Below, piece after piece: positions 1 to 9,596 of a stretch of 64,000 bases of DNA. The stretch's first letter is position 1; the number at the start of each line of letters is the position of its first letter. A model generated the notes under the pieces. It worked only from the letters and a program-made list of their open reading frames with translations, made no database searches and was not told where the DNA came from. The translations under genes were made by a program, and so were the position numbers. Origin of the DNA: an uncultured Dehalococcoidia bacterium (GTDB lineage: Bacteria > Chloroflexota > Dehalococcoidia > UBA2247 > RBG-13-53-26); NCBI GenBank assembly GCA_964423835.1, contig CAYRGJ010000006.1:11284-75283 (forward strand), in the 5' to 3' direction.

Positions 1-236
1 GGTTTGGTCCGGATCACAACCGGGGGCCAATCGTTTATAGCACAATGGGCCCGGGAGAGCCAAGCGGCGCTGACAGAGCCAGGGCCCGGCGGTGACCAAT
101 CTGTGATGCGGCCGGCTGCGCCTGAGACCTGCCGGCAAAGTAGATATAGTACTCTCAAGGTGCAGCCGGGCCGGCCCGAACGGCCACGAAAGGCTGCTGG
201 CGGCCGGAGGCTGGCGTCACCGCTTGGGAGGCGGCT

Positions 237-2183
237 ATGTGGAATCCGAGGGCTGGAAACAGGCTATTCTCACTTTTCGGGGTCACCCGCCGCAACCGGG
301 AGTGGCTGGCGGCCCGTATCAGCAGCCGCCTGGGCATTGCTCCGGCGGTCATCCCATATCCCAACGGCGAGTGCGGCTTCTACTACACTACCCATGGCGA
401 GGTCCAGGAGACCGGCGAGTCGGCCTGCCTGAAGCTGGGCTTCCTCAGGTCTCCGGATGGCCTGCCCCTGTCGGTGGAGCCGGCCCTCGAGCGCAGGCTC
501 GATCCCGACGATTTCCCCAGCGGCTGCATCTCGGGGAACGGCTACCTGGTCCGGTTCCACCGGTTCGAGCCCCGCCTGGCCATCTTCATGACCTTCATGG
601 CCACGTCCCAGGTGTACTACGCACCCTGGGAAGGAGGAGTGCTCTTCTGCACGGATTTGCCGGTCCTGCTGCGCCTCATCGGCCGGGTGGAGCTCAACGA
701 AGAAGCCCTGCCCCTGCACCTCATGTTCCGGACACTCCCCGGACCGGCCACCTACTTCAAGGACGTCTCCCGCATGTTCCCCGGCGACATCATCGCCTGG
801 CGCGACGGCGCCCTGGAGGTGAGGCGACGGCGCGACATGTACGCCCCGGCCGAGAAGCCGGCCCATGATCACCTGGACAGCGCCATATTCGAAGAGTACT
901 TTGACAGGCTGTCCGCCATCATGCGCTCCTATGTGCGTGAGATCGAGAGAAGGCACGGAAGCATCGCCAATCAGCTATCGGGCGGAGTCGACTCCTCGCT
1001 GGTCCAGCTCCTGATCAGCCGGCAGTTGCCCCAGGGCCAGCCCCCTCTCTCCCTCAGCTTCACCTTCGAAGCGCAGGGCTTCCAGTTCGAGATCGAGTAT
1101 GCCCGGCAGGCCAGCGAGATGCTGGGCACCAGGCACACCTTTGTGGAGGTTCCAAAGCGGGACTATGTGGACCTCCTGATCAAAAGCGTTGAGAACCTGG
1201 GGCATCCCATGATAATTGCCGAGAATGATCCGGGCCACATGGTCCTGGCGCAGCACCTCGCGGCCGGCAGCGCCGCGCCGCACTACGTCTTCGCCGGTCA
1301 GGGGGCTGACGTGCTGCAGGGATCGGACGTGGACGAGTGCACCGCCAACCTGGATGCGCTGCATTATGCCTTCGGTGAATCCTGGAGGCTGTTCGGGACC
1401 CCGGTCTTCCGCAAGAAGGTGGGGGGGCTGCTGGACGTCTCCCGTTACTTGTTCATGGCCAGTACCTACCGCTGCCTTCGCACGCCTCCGGACCTCTTCG
1501 ATCCGGTCAACAGGGTGGCCATACCGTACACCAGCTTCGAGACGGTGCGCCATTTCCTGGGCGACGAGGTCATCATGGATTGCCTGGAGTACAGGCAGAG
1601 ACTGGCCGAGGAGACTCTCACCAGCCACACCCTGGTGGAGCACCTGCACGACATTGACCTGGTCACCATGGGATACGGCCCGGCCACGGCCTTCGAGGCG
1701 CTGTTCGCGGCTTCGGGGCAGGTGCTGATACCCTTCTACTTCGATCAGGACGTGGTGCGGCTGGTCAAGAGCATAGCGCCGGAGGTCAGGTACCAGCAGA
1801 ACGGCGAGGTGAAGCCCATTCCGAAGTCGATCCTGAGGCTCAAGGGGCTGGAGAAGATCGTCCATCAGAGAAAAGGGTCATCGGGGTTCTGGCGGGAATT
1901 CCAGACCTGGATGATGACCGGAATACTGCGGGATATGGTGCACTCGATCGAGAGGCCCGGCTTCATCAGCCAGAAGGACTTCGCTGCCCTGATAGAGAAC
2001 AGGCACCCGTATGGGTACGACCTTGTCTGGCCCCTGCTGACCTACGATATCTTCCGCAAGCACGTGGCCAGTCAGCAGTCGCAGACGGGCGAGGCGCAGG
2101 CCTGGCAGCCCGGGGACGGAGCAGTCCTGCCCCCCTCCGGCACCGGGGCCGCCGCCGGCTCCGGCCAGGCGCCGCTGCTGTAG
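237..2183 (+). CDS. Asparagine synthetase (AsnB)-family ATP-dependent adenylating/amidotransferase-like enzyme lacking the N-terminal Cys nucleophile
   Basis: 648-aa ORF. PP-loop motif SGGVDSS (QLSGGVDSSLVQLL). GGGAGG RBS a few nt before ATG 237. The N-terminus MWNPRAG is not MCG. Low-complexity Gly/Ala/Gln C-terminal tail. Confidence 0.75.
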   Translation: MWNPRAGNRLFSLFGVTRRNREWLAARISSRLGIAPAVIPYPNGECGFYYTTHGEVQETGESACLKLGFLRSPDGLPLSVEPALERRLDPDDFPSGCISGNGYLVRFHRFEPRLAIFMTFMATSQVYYAPWEGGVLFCTDLPVLLRLIGRVELNEEALPLHLMFRTLPGPATYFKDVSRMFPGDIIAWRDGALEVRRRRDMYAPAEKPAHDHLDSAIFEEYFDRLSAIMRSYVREIERRHGSIANQLSGGVDSSLVQLLISRQLPQGQPPLSLSFTFEAQGFQFEIEYARQASEMLGTRHTFVEVPKRDYVDLLIKSVENLGHPMIIAENDPGHMVLAQHLAAGSAAPHYVFAGQGADVLQGSDVDECTANLDALHYAFGESWRLFGTPVFRKKVGGLLDVSRYLFMASTYRCLRTPPDLFDPVNRVAIPYTSFETVRHFLGDEVIMDCLEYRQRLAEETLTSHTLVEHLHDIDLVTMGYGPATAFEALFAASGQVLIPFYFDQDVVRLVKSIAPEVRYQQNGEVKPIPKSILRLKGLEKIVHQRKGSSGFWREFQTWMMTGILRDMVHSIERPGFISQKDFAALIENRHPYGYDLVWPLLTYDIFRKHVASQQSQTGEAQAWQPGDGAVLPPSGTGAAAGSGQAPLL

Positions 2184-2186
2184 GCG

Positions 2187-2220
2187 CCGGCCTTGCCGGG
2201 AAAGGTCCCGGCAAGGCCGG
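2187..2220 (+). terminator. Strong hairpin immediately after the asnB-like stop (terminator-like, no T-tract)
   Basis: CCGGCCTTGCCGGGA-aagg-TCCCGGCAAGGCCGG. Perfect 15-bp stem with a 4-nt loop, starting 4 nt after TAG 2181-2183. Confidence 0.5.
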
Positions 2221-2380
2221 AGAGGTCTCGCTTCACCGGGCAAGGTCCCCGCTCTTGCCGGCATGCCGCGTGGCTCACCTCCGGAAGACCGGAAGCGCCG
2301 GGCTCCAAAGCCCGCCGGCATGGTATCATGTCTCTGGGCCGGACGGTCCCGGATTCACTTCAGCCGACAAGGAGACACGC

Positions 2381-2935
2381 GTGAAAGAGCTGACGGACTA
2401 CAGCGGAGCATTCGATCCGGAGGTTGCCTACAAGGACTTCTCGAAGGAAACGCTTCTGAAGGCGCTCAAGGCCTATTCCCACTACATCAGGAAGATGGAT
2501 GGCCTGTGGTACCTTGCGGTCAAGGACCGCTCGGATGACGATCTGGCCCTGGCCTGCGACATGGCCGTCTGGGACCAGATGGAAGTGCACGACGTCGAGA
2601 TGGCGCTGGATCTCTTCAATGCCCGGGGCCAGGACGTGACGGCCATGTTCAAGTCCCTGCAGATGAGCCCTCACTCGTGGAACCTGGAGCACCACTTCGA
2701 GCTGCTCAGCCCGAAGCGGGGGATATGGACGGTGACCCGCTGCCCCTCCCTACTGGCGCTGGAAAGAGAGGGGCAGGGACGGGAGCGCCGCATCTGCCAG
2801 ATACAGGAGACCAAGAACTTCACCCTCAGGGCGCGGACGGTGAACCCCAAGATGAAGGCCATACCCCTGAAGCTCCCGCCGAGGTCCAGTGGCGAGGAAA
2901 TACCCTGCCAGTGGGAGTTCCGGATCGACGACTGA
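2381..2935 (+). CDS. Conserved hypothetical protein, paralogue of 33416..34075 (possibly DUF6125 / ATC-hydrolase-like fold)
   Basis: ORF 2255..2935 trimmed to in-frame GTG 2381, preceded by AGGAG (2370-2374). By-eye alignment to the 33416 ORF shares KEL.D.SG, SKE.LLK, RC..LE, CQ, NP, LK.PPR.S.EI.C.W.F. Confidence 0.6.
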   Translation: MKELTDYSGAFDPEVAYKDFSKETLLKALKAYSHYIRKMDGLWYLAVKDRSDDDLALACDMAVWDQMEVHDVEMALDLFNARGQDVTAMFKSLQMSPHSWNLEHHFELLSPKRGIWTVTRCPSLLALEREGQGRERRICQIQETKNFTLRARTVNPKMKAIPLKLPPRSSGEEIPCQWEFRIDD

Positions 2936-3231
2936 GCTGTTCAGGACCCGAACCCTCCCTCAGGGGGGGCCGTCGTCGCCGGGGCTGGCCGGGCCGAATG
3001 GCTCAATAGTAGAACCGATGGTCATCTCCCCCTCTTGGGTGCCGGAACTCCTGCACTATCTTCCTCAGCGAACGATCGTGTCCGCACGGCGTCCGCCACT
3101 CAGGCGGGACGCTCATTGCCGCCCGGCAACTAAGTGTTTACCACAACCCACCGGTAGCTGGAAATGCGTATATCCCCGCCCCTGTCAAGCTGGAAGAATG
3201 ATGATGGACGCCATATCGCAAGGAGGCAGCT

Positions 3232-4191
3232 ATGATCAGCGGGAGGCCCATCATCCCCAATCTCTGGTTTGACCGCCAGGCCGAGGAGGCTGCGGGCTTC
3301 TACACCGCGCTCTTCGCCAGGTCCAGGACAGGACGTGCTGCCCGGGCCAGCAAAGCGGGCTTCGAGATCCACGGGATCCCGGAGGGCACTCTCCTGAACG
3401 TCGAGTTCGAGATCGCGGGACAGCGATTCATCGCCATCAACGGAGGGCCGATCTTCAAGTTCACGCCGGCCGTGTCCTATCTGGTGGCCTGCGATACGAA
3501 GGAGCAGGTTGATGCTATCTGGGCCAGGCTCTCTCAGGGCGGAGCGGCCCTCATGGAGCTGGGCGAGTATCCGTTCAGTGGCAGGTACGGGTGGACGCAG
3601 GACAGGTTCGGCGTCTCGTGGCAGGTGATGCTGATGGGCGACCGCCCGGCGCGGCAGCTGATCACCCCGACACTGATGTTCGTCGGAGAGCAGGCGGGCC
3701 GGGCTGAGGCCGCCATCGGGCTCTACACGTCCCTGTTCAACGGCTCCGCGCTCGGCGACATCTCCCGGTATGGCCCGGGCGAGGAGCCAGACACGGCGGG
3801 CTCCATCAGGCATGCCTCCTTCACCATCGAGGGGCAGGAGTTTGCCGCCATGGACAGCGCCCACCAGCACGAGTTCTCCTTCAGCGAGGCCAACTCGTTC
3901 CTGGTTGAGTGCGAAACGCAGAACGAGATCGACTACTACTGGGATCAGCTCACCGCCGGCGGAGGCCAGGAAGGCATGTGCGGCTGGCTGAAGGACCGGT
4001 TCGGCGTGTCCTGGCAGGTGGCCCCGGCTGTCCTCGCCGAGATGCTGCGGGATGGTGACACGCAGAAGGTGGAGCGGGTCACCAACGCCTTCCTGGCAAT
4101 GCAGAAATTCGATCTGGCAGCGCTGAGGAGGGCCTACGAAGGAAAGGCGGAGGAGAGGGCGGCATCGATGCCGGGAAAGAAGGCCGCATGA
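3232..4191 (+). CDS. VOC-superfamily protein with two PhnB / 3-demethylubiquinone-9 3-methyltransferase-like domains
   Basis: 319-aa ORF with an AGGAGG RBS. The signature DRFGVSWQV occurs twice (internal duplication). Starts PIIPNLWF, typical of this family. Confidence 0.7.
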   Translation: MISGRPIIPNLWFDRQAEEAAGFYTALFARSRTGRAARASKAGFEIHGIPEGTLLNVEFEIAGQRFIAINGGPIFKFTPAVSYLVACDTKEQVDAIWARLSQGGAALMELGEYPFSGRYGWTQDRFGVSWQVMLMGDRPARQLITPTLMFVGEQAGRAEAAIGLYTSLFNGSALGDISRYGPGEEPDTAGSIRHASFTIEGQEFAAMDSAHQHEFSFSEANSFLVECETQNEIDYYWDQLTAGGGQEGMCGWLKDRFGVSWQVAPAVLAEMLRDGDTQKVERVTNAFLAMQKFDLAALRRAYEGKAEERAASMPGKKAA

Positions 4192-4259
4192 CGAAGTCGA
4201 CGTCTGCTTGAATCCGGCACGGAGTGCGGAGGATCCAAATTCAACCTGGGGAGGTCATC

Positions 4260-4529
4260 ATGGAGAGCGTCTACAAGGTCATCGAGCTGATCGGCACCAG
4301 CACGGATTCCTGGGAGAAAGCGGCGGCGGCGGCAGTGGCGCAAGCCTCCCTCACCCTCAGAGACCTGCGCATTGCCGAGGTGGTCGAGATGGACATCCAG
4401 ATCGACGCGGGGAAGGTGCGGGCCTACCGCACCAAGGTGAGGGTCTCGTTCAAGTACGTGAAGGAGACCCCGGAAGAAGGCCCGGATGCCGTGGAAGCGG
4501 TATCCAACCCGGCGGCCTTGCCGCCCTAG
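4260..4529 (+). CDS. Dodecin-family (flavin-binding, DUF1458) small protein
   Basis: ORF 4224..4529 trimmed to ATG 4260 after a GGGGAGG RBS. SVYKVIELIGTS...WEKAA...RAYRTKVRVSFKY matches the dodecin pattern as I recall it. Confidence 0.65.
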   Translation: MESVYKVIELIGTSTDSWEKAAAAAVAQASLTLRDLRIAEVVEMDIQIDAGKVRAYRTKVRVSFKYVKETPEEGPDAVEAVSNPAALPP

Positions 4530-4661
4530 CCCGTTCCCGGCATTGCGGCCGGCCGGCCCGATCCGGATTGGAGCCCTTCCTGAGGGGCGTCATCGGCCTG
4601 CGTCCCCATCGCGCTGTGCCCTTTCAGGCCACCCGATAGAGACATTGCCGCTTTTGGCATG

Positions 4662-4690
4662 TTGTGAGTATACGATACTCGAAGTATAAT
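4662..4690 (+). promoter_or_regulatory. Sigma70-like promoter TTGTGA-17nt-TATAAT with operator box copy 1 (4666..4684) filling the spacer
   Basis: TTGTGAGTATACGATACTCGAAGTATAAT, 66 nt upstream of the ATG at 4756. The core GAGTAT-ACG-ATACTC is a perfect inverted repeat. Confidence 0.6.
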
Positions 4691-4755
4691 AGCGGTATGC
4701 GAACAACACGGCCTCGAGCCTGGCATTGTCAAGGTGAGGGAATGAGAGGGCCATC

Positions 4756-5928
4756 ATGAACCTGCACTTCAGCCACGAGGACGAGAGCTTTCGGCAGGAG
4801 GTGCTCCAGTTCATAAGGGCGGAGCTGCCGCCTGACTGGAAGGGGACCGGTCTCCTCTCGGAAGCCCATGGCGAGGACGAGTGGCGCTTTGCCCGTGACA
4901 TGCTGCGCAAGGTAGGCGCGCGGGACTGGCACTCGCTGGCCTGGCCGAAGGAATATGGCGGCCAGGAGTCCATGACGAAGCAGTTCATCTTCAGCGAGGA
5001 GATGTACTACCACGAGCTGCCCGGGGTGGACCTGGTGGGCACCCTCATGCTGGCGCCTTCCATCATGCAGCACGGCAGCGAGGAGCAGAAGCGCGAGCAC
5101 CTGCCCCGGATTGCCCGGGGCGAGGTGGTCTGGTGCCAGGGATTCAGCGAGCCCGGGGCCGGCTCTGATCTGGCCTCTCTGTCGTCGCGGGCCATGGACC
5201 TCGGCGACGGCTTCCTGGTCAACGGGCAGAAGGTGTGGAGCACCAACGCCAATCGAGCCGACTGGGGCTACTTCCTGGTCCGGACCGATCCGGACGCTCC
5301 CAAGCACAAGGGCATCACCTTTCTGCTCATAGACATGCGGACGGAAGGAGTCACCGTTCGCCATCTGCCCAACATCGTCGGCACCTATTGCGAGATATTC
5401 CTGGATAACGTTCGGGTTCCGAAGAAGAACATGGTAGGCCGCATGAACGACGGATGGAGGGTGGCGAATACGGTCCTGGGCTATGAGAGGTCCGGTGTGC
5501 ACCGGATCAGCGCCGCCAGGCGCAACCTGGACAAGCTGATCCAGTACGCCAGAGAGACCACTCGAAACGGCCAACCGCTCTTCAAGGCACCGCTGATAAG
5601 AAGCAGGCTGACGGATCTCTACATCGAGGCCCAATCCGTCAGGCTCCTGGCCCTGAGGGTGCTGTCGCTGCAGAGCAGTGGGAGAGACATCAGCTATGAG
5701 GTGTCCCTCTCGCGGCTGGGCGGCAGCCTGCTGCAGCAGCACGTGGCGAGCGCGGCCATGGATATCCTGGGCCCTCTGGGGTTGCTGGACCCAGGCTCGA
5801 AGTGGGGGCCGGCATCGGACTTCCGTCGCGAGTACCTCTACTCGCTGGGGGCGACCGTCGGCGCGGGGACCGCGGAGATTCAGCGGAACATCATTGCCAC
5901 CCGGGGACTGGGAATGCCCCGGTCCTAG
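4756..5928 (+). CDS. Acyl-CoA dehydrogenase family protein
   Basis: 390-aa ORF with ACAD-like features (WCQGFSEPGAGSDLASL, C-terminal GTAEIQRNIIA). Confidence 0.85.
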   Translation: MNLHFSHEDESFRQEVLQFIRAELPPDWKGTGLLSEAHGEDEWRFARDMLRKVGARDWHSLAWPKEYGGQESMTKQFIFSEEMYYHELPGVDLVGTLMLAPSIMQHGSEEQKREHLPRIARGEVVWCQGFSEPGAGSDLASLSSRAMDLGDGFLVNGQKVWSTNANRADWGYFLVRTDPDAPKHKGITFLLIDMRTEGVTVRHLPNIVGTYCEIFLDNVRVPKKNMVGRMNDGWRVANTVLGYERSGVHRISAARRNLDKLIQYARETTRNGQPLFKAPLIRSRLTDLYIEAQSVRLLALRVLSLQSSGRDISYEVSLSRLGGSLLQQHVASAAMDILGPLGLLDPGSKWGPASDFRREYLYSLGATVGAGTAEIQRNIIATRGLGMPRS

Positions 5929-5937
5929 ACCTCAGGC

Positions 5938-6702
5938 ATGGCGCTGGTCATGGGCAGACTGCAGGAAAGAGTGGCGCTGGTAACCGGAGGTGCCTCGGGG
6001 ATCGGCCGGGCCAGCGCCCTGGCCTTTGCCCGGGAAGGCGCCGTGGTGGCCATCGCGGACGTGGATGCCGTGGGTGGGAACGAGACGCGGCGGATGATCG
6101 AGGAGGATGGCGGTGAAGCCCTGTTCCTCAGGGCCGACGTCACCCGGGCCGCTGAGGTCGAGGTGCTGGTAAACGGGATCGTGAAGGCCTGTGGGCGGCT
6201 GGACTGCGCCTTCAACAACGCCGGCACCGTGGGAAAGCCATCGTCCACCGCGCGGTGCACAGAGGAGGACTGGGACTTCGTCGTCAGTGTAAACCTCAAA
6301 GGGGTCTTCCTGTGCCTGAAGTACGAGATCCTCCACATGCTGCAGCAGGGGCGGGGGGCGGTGGTCAATGCGGCCTCCGTGGCCGGCCTGATCGGAGTCA
6401 GGAACAACGCCGCCTATGTGGCCGCCAAGCATGGAGTGGTGGGGCTGACCAGAGCGGCGGCGCTGGAATGCGCCCAGGCTGGCGTGCGCGTCAATGCGGT
6501 GTGCCCTGGATTCGTGCGCACCCCCATCCTGGGCCTGGACGGAACACCCGAAAGCGAGTCCCGCTATGCGCGGCTCCACCCGATGGCCAGGCTGGCCGAG
6601 CCCGGAGAGGTCGCCGAGGCGGTGGTCTGGCTGTGCTCTGATGCGGCGTCCTACGTGACCGGCCACGCCATGAGCATCGACGGTGGCCTGGCGGCCCGGT
6701 GA
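5938..6702 (+). CDS. Short-chain dehydrogenase/reductase (SDR)
   Basis: TGGASGIG cofactor motif, NNAG, and YxxxK (YVAAKHG). Lies 9 nt after the upstream ACAD. Confidence 0.85.
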   Translation: MALVMGRLQERVALVTGGASGIGRASALAFAREGAVVAIADVDAVGGNETRRMIEEDGGEALFLRADVTRAAEVEVLVNGIVKACGRLDCAFNNAGTVGKPSSTARCTEEDWDFVVSVNLKGVFLCLKYEILHMLQQGRGAVVNAASVAGLIGVRNNAAYVAAKHGVVGLTRAAALECAQAGVRVNAVCPGFVRTPILGLDGTPESESRYARLHPMARLAEPGEVAEAVVWLCSDAASYVTGHAMSIDGGLAAR

Positions 6703-6787
6703 TTCGCGGCGCGTTGACCGTTCCCCGGCCATTTGTCAGAATGGAAGCCTGGATTCCTTCGACCACCGGGCCTTCGGCTGCAGCTTA

Positions 6788-7267
6788 CTAGATCTGCGTG
6801 AAGCACTCGATGTCGTGGATGGTGCCCCGGCGCGCCTCCTTGAACACCGCCCTCACCCTGGCCCCCACCGTGATCTTCTTCTCGTCGGTCTCGTCCAGCC
6901 AGTGCATCAGGCAGGTGTCCGCCCCGTCGAGCTTCACGTAGATGTCGGTGCGAGGCACCTTCATCGGCTCCCCGGTATTGGGATCGATGTAGGGCAGCTT
7001 CACCACGGTGAAGGCGTAGATAGAGCCTTCGGTGCCCAGGTCCACCCAGTGGTCCATGGTCTTGAAGCATCGCCCGCAGACCTCCCTGGGAGGCACATAC
7101 ACTCTTCCGCAATCGCGGCACTTGATGCCCAGGATCGTCTTCTGGTCCCGGAGTGCAGTGAAGAACCGGCTGAGGTAGCGCCCGCACTGCCAGTAGTAGA
7201 TGTGCTCCGCTCTGCCGGAGCCTATCTCCAGCAGCTCCACCTGTTCGCTGGCTTTCGCGCTCTTCAT
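6788..7267 (-). CDS. Zn-ribbon/OB-fold protein (DUF35 family)
   Basis: CRDCGRVYVPPREVCGRCF rubredoxin-like ribbon followed by an OB-fold-like segment. Lies directly downstream of a thiolase-fold gene. Confidence 0.8.
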   Translation of the reverse strand: MKSAKASEQVELLEIGSGRAEHIYYWQCGRYLSRFFTALRDQKTILGIKCRDCGRVYVPPREVCGRCFKTMDHWVDLGTEGSIYAFTVVKLPYIDPNTGEPMKVPRTDIYVKLDGADTCLMHWLDETDEKKITVGARVRAVFKEARRGTIHDIECFTQI

Positions 7268-7288
7268 ATTGCTTCCTCCCGTGCCGGC

Positions 7289-8443
7289 CTACGGCTTGAC
7301 CGATCTGAGGATAGTGGCCTCGAACCAGTAGCAGGAGCCAAAGGCGGTGGCCATGGCCGTCCTGACGTTGCTCACCTGTCTCTCCCCGGCCTTGCCCATG
7401 ACCTGGAGGGCCGCTTCTCCGATCCTGATCAGGGCCGTGGCCCCGATGGGGTTCGTTGACATTACCCCGCCCGAGGGGTTGATGGGCAGCTCGCCGTTCA
7501 TCTCGAATACCCCCTGCCTGACCAGCTTCGGCGCCTCGCCCGGGTCGCAGAACCGCATGTGGTCCATCCAGACCACGCCGCAGGTGGAGAAGGGCAGATA
7601 GAGCTCCATCACGTCTATCTCCTTGAGCGGGGCGGTGACCCCGGCCCGCCGGTACACCCGGTCCACCGCGGCCTGCTGGCAGGGCATCCTCTCCCAGTCG
7701 TAGTCCCCGAAGTACACGTAGTCGTGGGAGACGGCGGTGGCATGCACCCAGGCCGGCTGGCGGGCGATCCTCGGCGCCCTGGTCTCCGAAGCGTAGATGA
7801 CAGCGCAGGCGCCGTCCGTCCTGGGGCAGCTATCGAGCAGCTTGATGGGCCAGCACAGCATGGGCGACTTCAGCACGTCCTCAACAGTGATGTGCTTCCT
7901 GAGGTGGGCATAAGGATTGCGGAGAGCGTTGTTGTGGTCCCGGACCGAGACCAGGGCGGCGTCCTCCTGGGTGGCCCCGAACTGCTTCATGTACATGGCA
8001 TAGTGCGAGGCATTGGGGCCGATGGCCCCGCCGAAGAAGTCCCTCTCCACGATGGGGTCGGCGCAGGTGCTTATGGCCGCCTGGGTGTCCGACTCGGAGT
8101 TCTTCTCCCATCCGATGACCATGACCACGTCAAACAGGCCCGAGGCGACATGGTAGTAGCCGCACGACCCCAGCGTGCCGCCGGTGCTGCCTCCGGTGGT
8201 CACCTTCATGATGGGCTTCATGAACGCGCCGGAGCCATCGATGCTCCATCCGTCCACGCAGTTGATGCCCTCGAAGTGGTCCATATTGCCGATGACGATG
8301 GCGTCTATGTCCTTCAGGCTGAGCTGGGCGTCATCCAGCGCCCTCTTCACCGCCTCGGCGATCAGCTCCTGCCCGTTGACGTCCTTCCGCTTGGAGGCGT
8401 GATTGGTCTGCCCTACTCCGACAATGGCCGTTCTCGTACCCAT
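7289..8443 (-). CDS. Thiolase-fold (SCP-x/Ltp-like) protein lacking the nucleophilic Cys motif
   Basis: N-terminus TAIVGVGQT. At the position of the CxSG nucleophile it reads VTTGGSTGG. At the position of C-F-G-H-P it reads MSTNPIGA. Confidence 0.8.
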   Translation of the reverse strand: MGTRTAIVGVGQTNHASKRKDVNGQELIAEAVKRALDDAQLSLKDIDAIVIGNMDHFEGINCVDGWSIDGSGAFMKPIMKVTTGGSTGGTLGSCGYYHVASGLFDVVMVIGWEKNSESDTQAAISTCADPIVERDFFGGAIGPNASHYAMYMKQFGATQEDAALVSVRDHNNALRNPYAHLRKHITVEDVLKSPMLCWPIKLLDSCPRTDGACAVIYASETRAPRIARQPAWVHATAVSHDYVYFGDYDWERMPCQQAAVDRVYRRAGVTAPLKEIDVMELYLPFSTCGVVWMDHMRFCDPGEAPKLVRQGVFEMNGELPINPSGGVMSTNPIGATALIRIGEAALQVMGKAGERQVSNVRTAMATAFGSCYWFEATILRSVKP

Positions 8444-8456
8444 CTTGCCCTGCCTC

Positions 8457-9593
8457 CTAGTTGCTCAGCACCCAGACGCAGTGAGTCTGGGCGCATATTC
8501 CGGTGACGCCGTGGGCCACGGCCAGCTTCGCCCCCGGGACCTGCCGCCGTCCGGCTTCGCCTCTGAGCTGCAGCACGGCTTCGGCTATCCTGGCCAGCCC
8601 GGCCACCTGAACGCTGTGCGCCGAAAGGACCCCTCCGGAGGGATTGACCGGCAGCCTGCCTCCCATCTGCGTCGCTCCGCTGTCGATCAGCCTCCCCCCT
8701 TCGCCCAGGCCGCAGAGCCCCAGCCCCTCATACCACATGAGCTCCATGTAGGAGAAGGCGTCATACACCTCGGCCACCTGGATTTCCCGAGAAGGATCGC
8801 TGACGCCGGCCATCCGGTAGGCCTTCCCCGCTGCCGCTTCCAGGGCCGGCGAGACCGCCAGGTCCCTTTCGCCCAGGCGATAGGCGTCCGCGCAGTGCCC
8901 CACGCCCCTGACCCATACGGGCTTCCGGGCCATCTTCCTGGCCCTCTCCTCGGTGGCCAGGACGATGGCGCAGGCGCCGTCGGAGATGGGTGACGTGTCC
9001 AGCCGCTTGATGGGGTCCGCCAGCATGGGGGACTTCATGACGTCCGCCACCGTGATGTCCAGTGGCACGTGGGCCAGGGGGTTGTTCCTGGCGTTCCGGT
9101 GGTTCTTCACCGAGACCCTGGCGCACTGCTCTTCGGTGATGCCGAATCGATTCATGTAGGCCCTGGCCTGCAGTGCGCAAGAGGAGATGGCATCCAGGCC
9201 CAGGAACCGCTCGTATACAGGGTCAAAGGCCTGATTGAATAGCTTCCGCGGAGAGCCCTCCGACAGCTTGCAGTGGGCCGTCACCATGGTGCTGCCGTAG
9301 ACCCCCGAGAGCGTCCTCATCAGCCCGTAGAAGGCGCCGAGGGTCCCGTCTCCTTCGACGTTGGTGGCGTCCCGGCCGTAGGACCCGGCTGCCTCCGCCA
9401 CGGCCATGCAGGCGATGGTGCGCCCGTCGTAGAAATCATTGGTGGTGGTGACCACGTTGTCGATGTCCTTCAGCTCCAGGCCGGCGTCGTCCAGGGCGTT
9501 CCTGGCCGCCTCGTACACCAGCTCGGCGAAGCTCTGGGTCTTGCCTCTTTCATACCGGGTTTGCCCCACGCCGACTATGGCTATCCTCTCCAT
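8457..9593 (-). CDS. Thiolase-fold (SCP-x/Ltp-like) protein, second paralogue, nucleophilic Cys also absent
   Basis: N-terminus MERIAIVGVGQTRY. The nucleophile position reads VEGDGTLG. C-terminal NPSGGVLSAHS. Confidence 0.8.
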   Translation of the reverse strand: MERIAIVGVGQTRYERGKTQSFAELVYEAARNALDDAGLELKDIDNVVTTTNDFYDGRTIACMAVAEAAGSYGRDATNVEGDGTLGAFYGLMRTLSGVYGSTMVTAHCKLSEGSPRKLFNQAFDPVYERFLGLDAISSCALQARAYMNRFGITEEQCARVSVKNHRNARNNPLAHVPLDITVADVMKSPMLADPIKRLDTSPISDGACAIVLATEERARKMARKPVWVRGVGHCADAYRLGERDLAVSPALEAAAGKAYRMAGVSDPSREIQVAEVYDAFSYMELMWYEGLGLCGLGEGGRLIDSGATQMGGRLPVNPSGGVLSAHSVQVAGLARIAEAVLQLRGEAGRRQVPGAKLAVAHGVTGICAQTHCVWVLSN

Positions 9594-9596
9594 GGG

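Noticed and set aside
140-160. Degenerate operator-like sequences: GTAGATATAGTACTC at ~140-160, CTTCGACTATC at 23191..23201, and TTATACGATAAT at ~50903..50917
   Set aside because: Each matches only one half-site or the central core of the 19-bp box (about 8-11 of 15 positions). They could be decayed sites or chance matches, and the evidence is too weak to call.
4-432. 142-aa ORF at the window start and overlapping ORFs at 155..364 and 224..868
   Set aside because: They overlap the well-supported AsnB-like start region, have no motifs and have low-complexity Arg/Pro/Ala composition.
237-2935. Lasso-peptide or other RiPP cluster around the AsnB-like gene
   Set aside because: No precursor-like small ORF, B1/B2 (PqqD/transglutaminase-like) gene or ABC exporter is visible. 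The upstream context is missing at the window edge.
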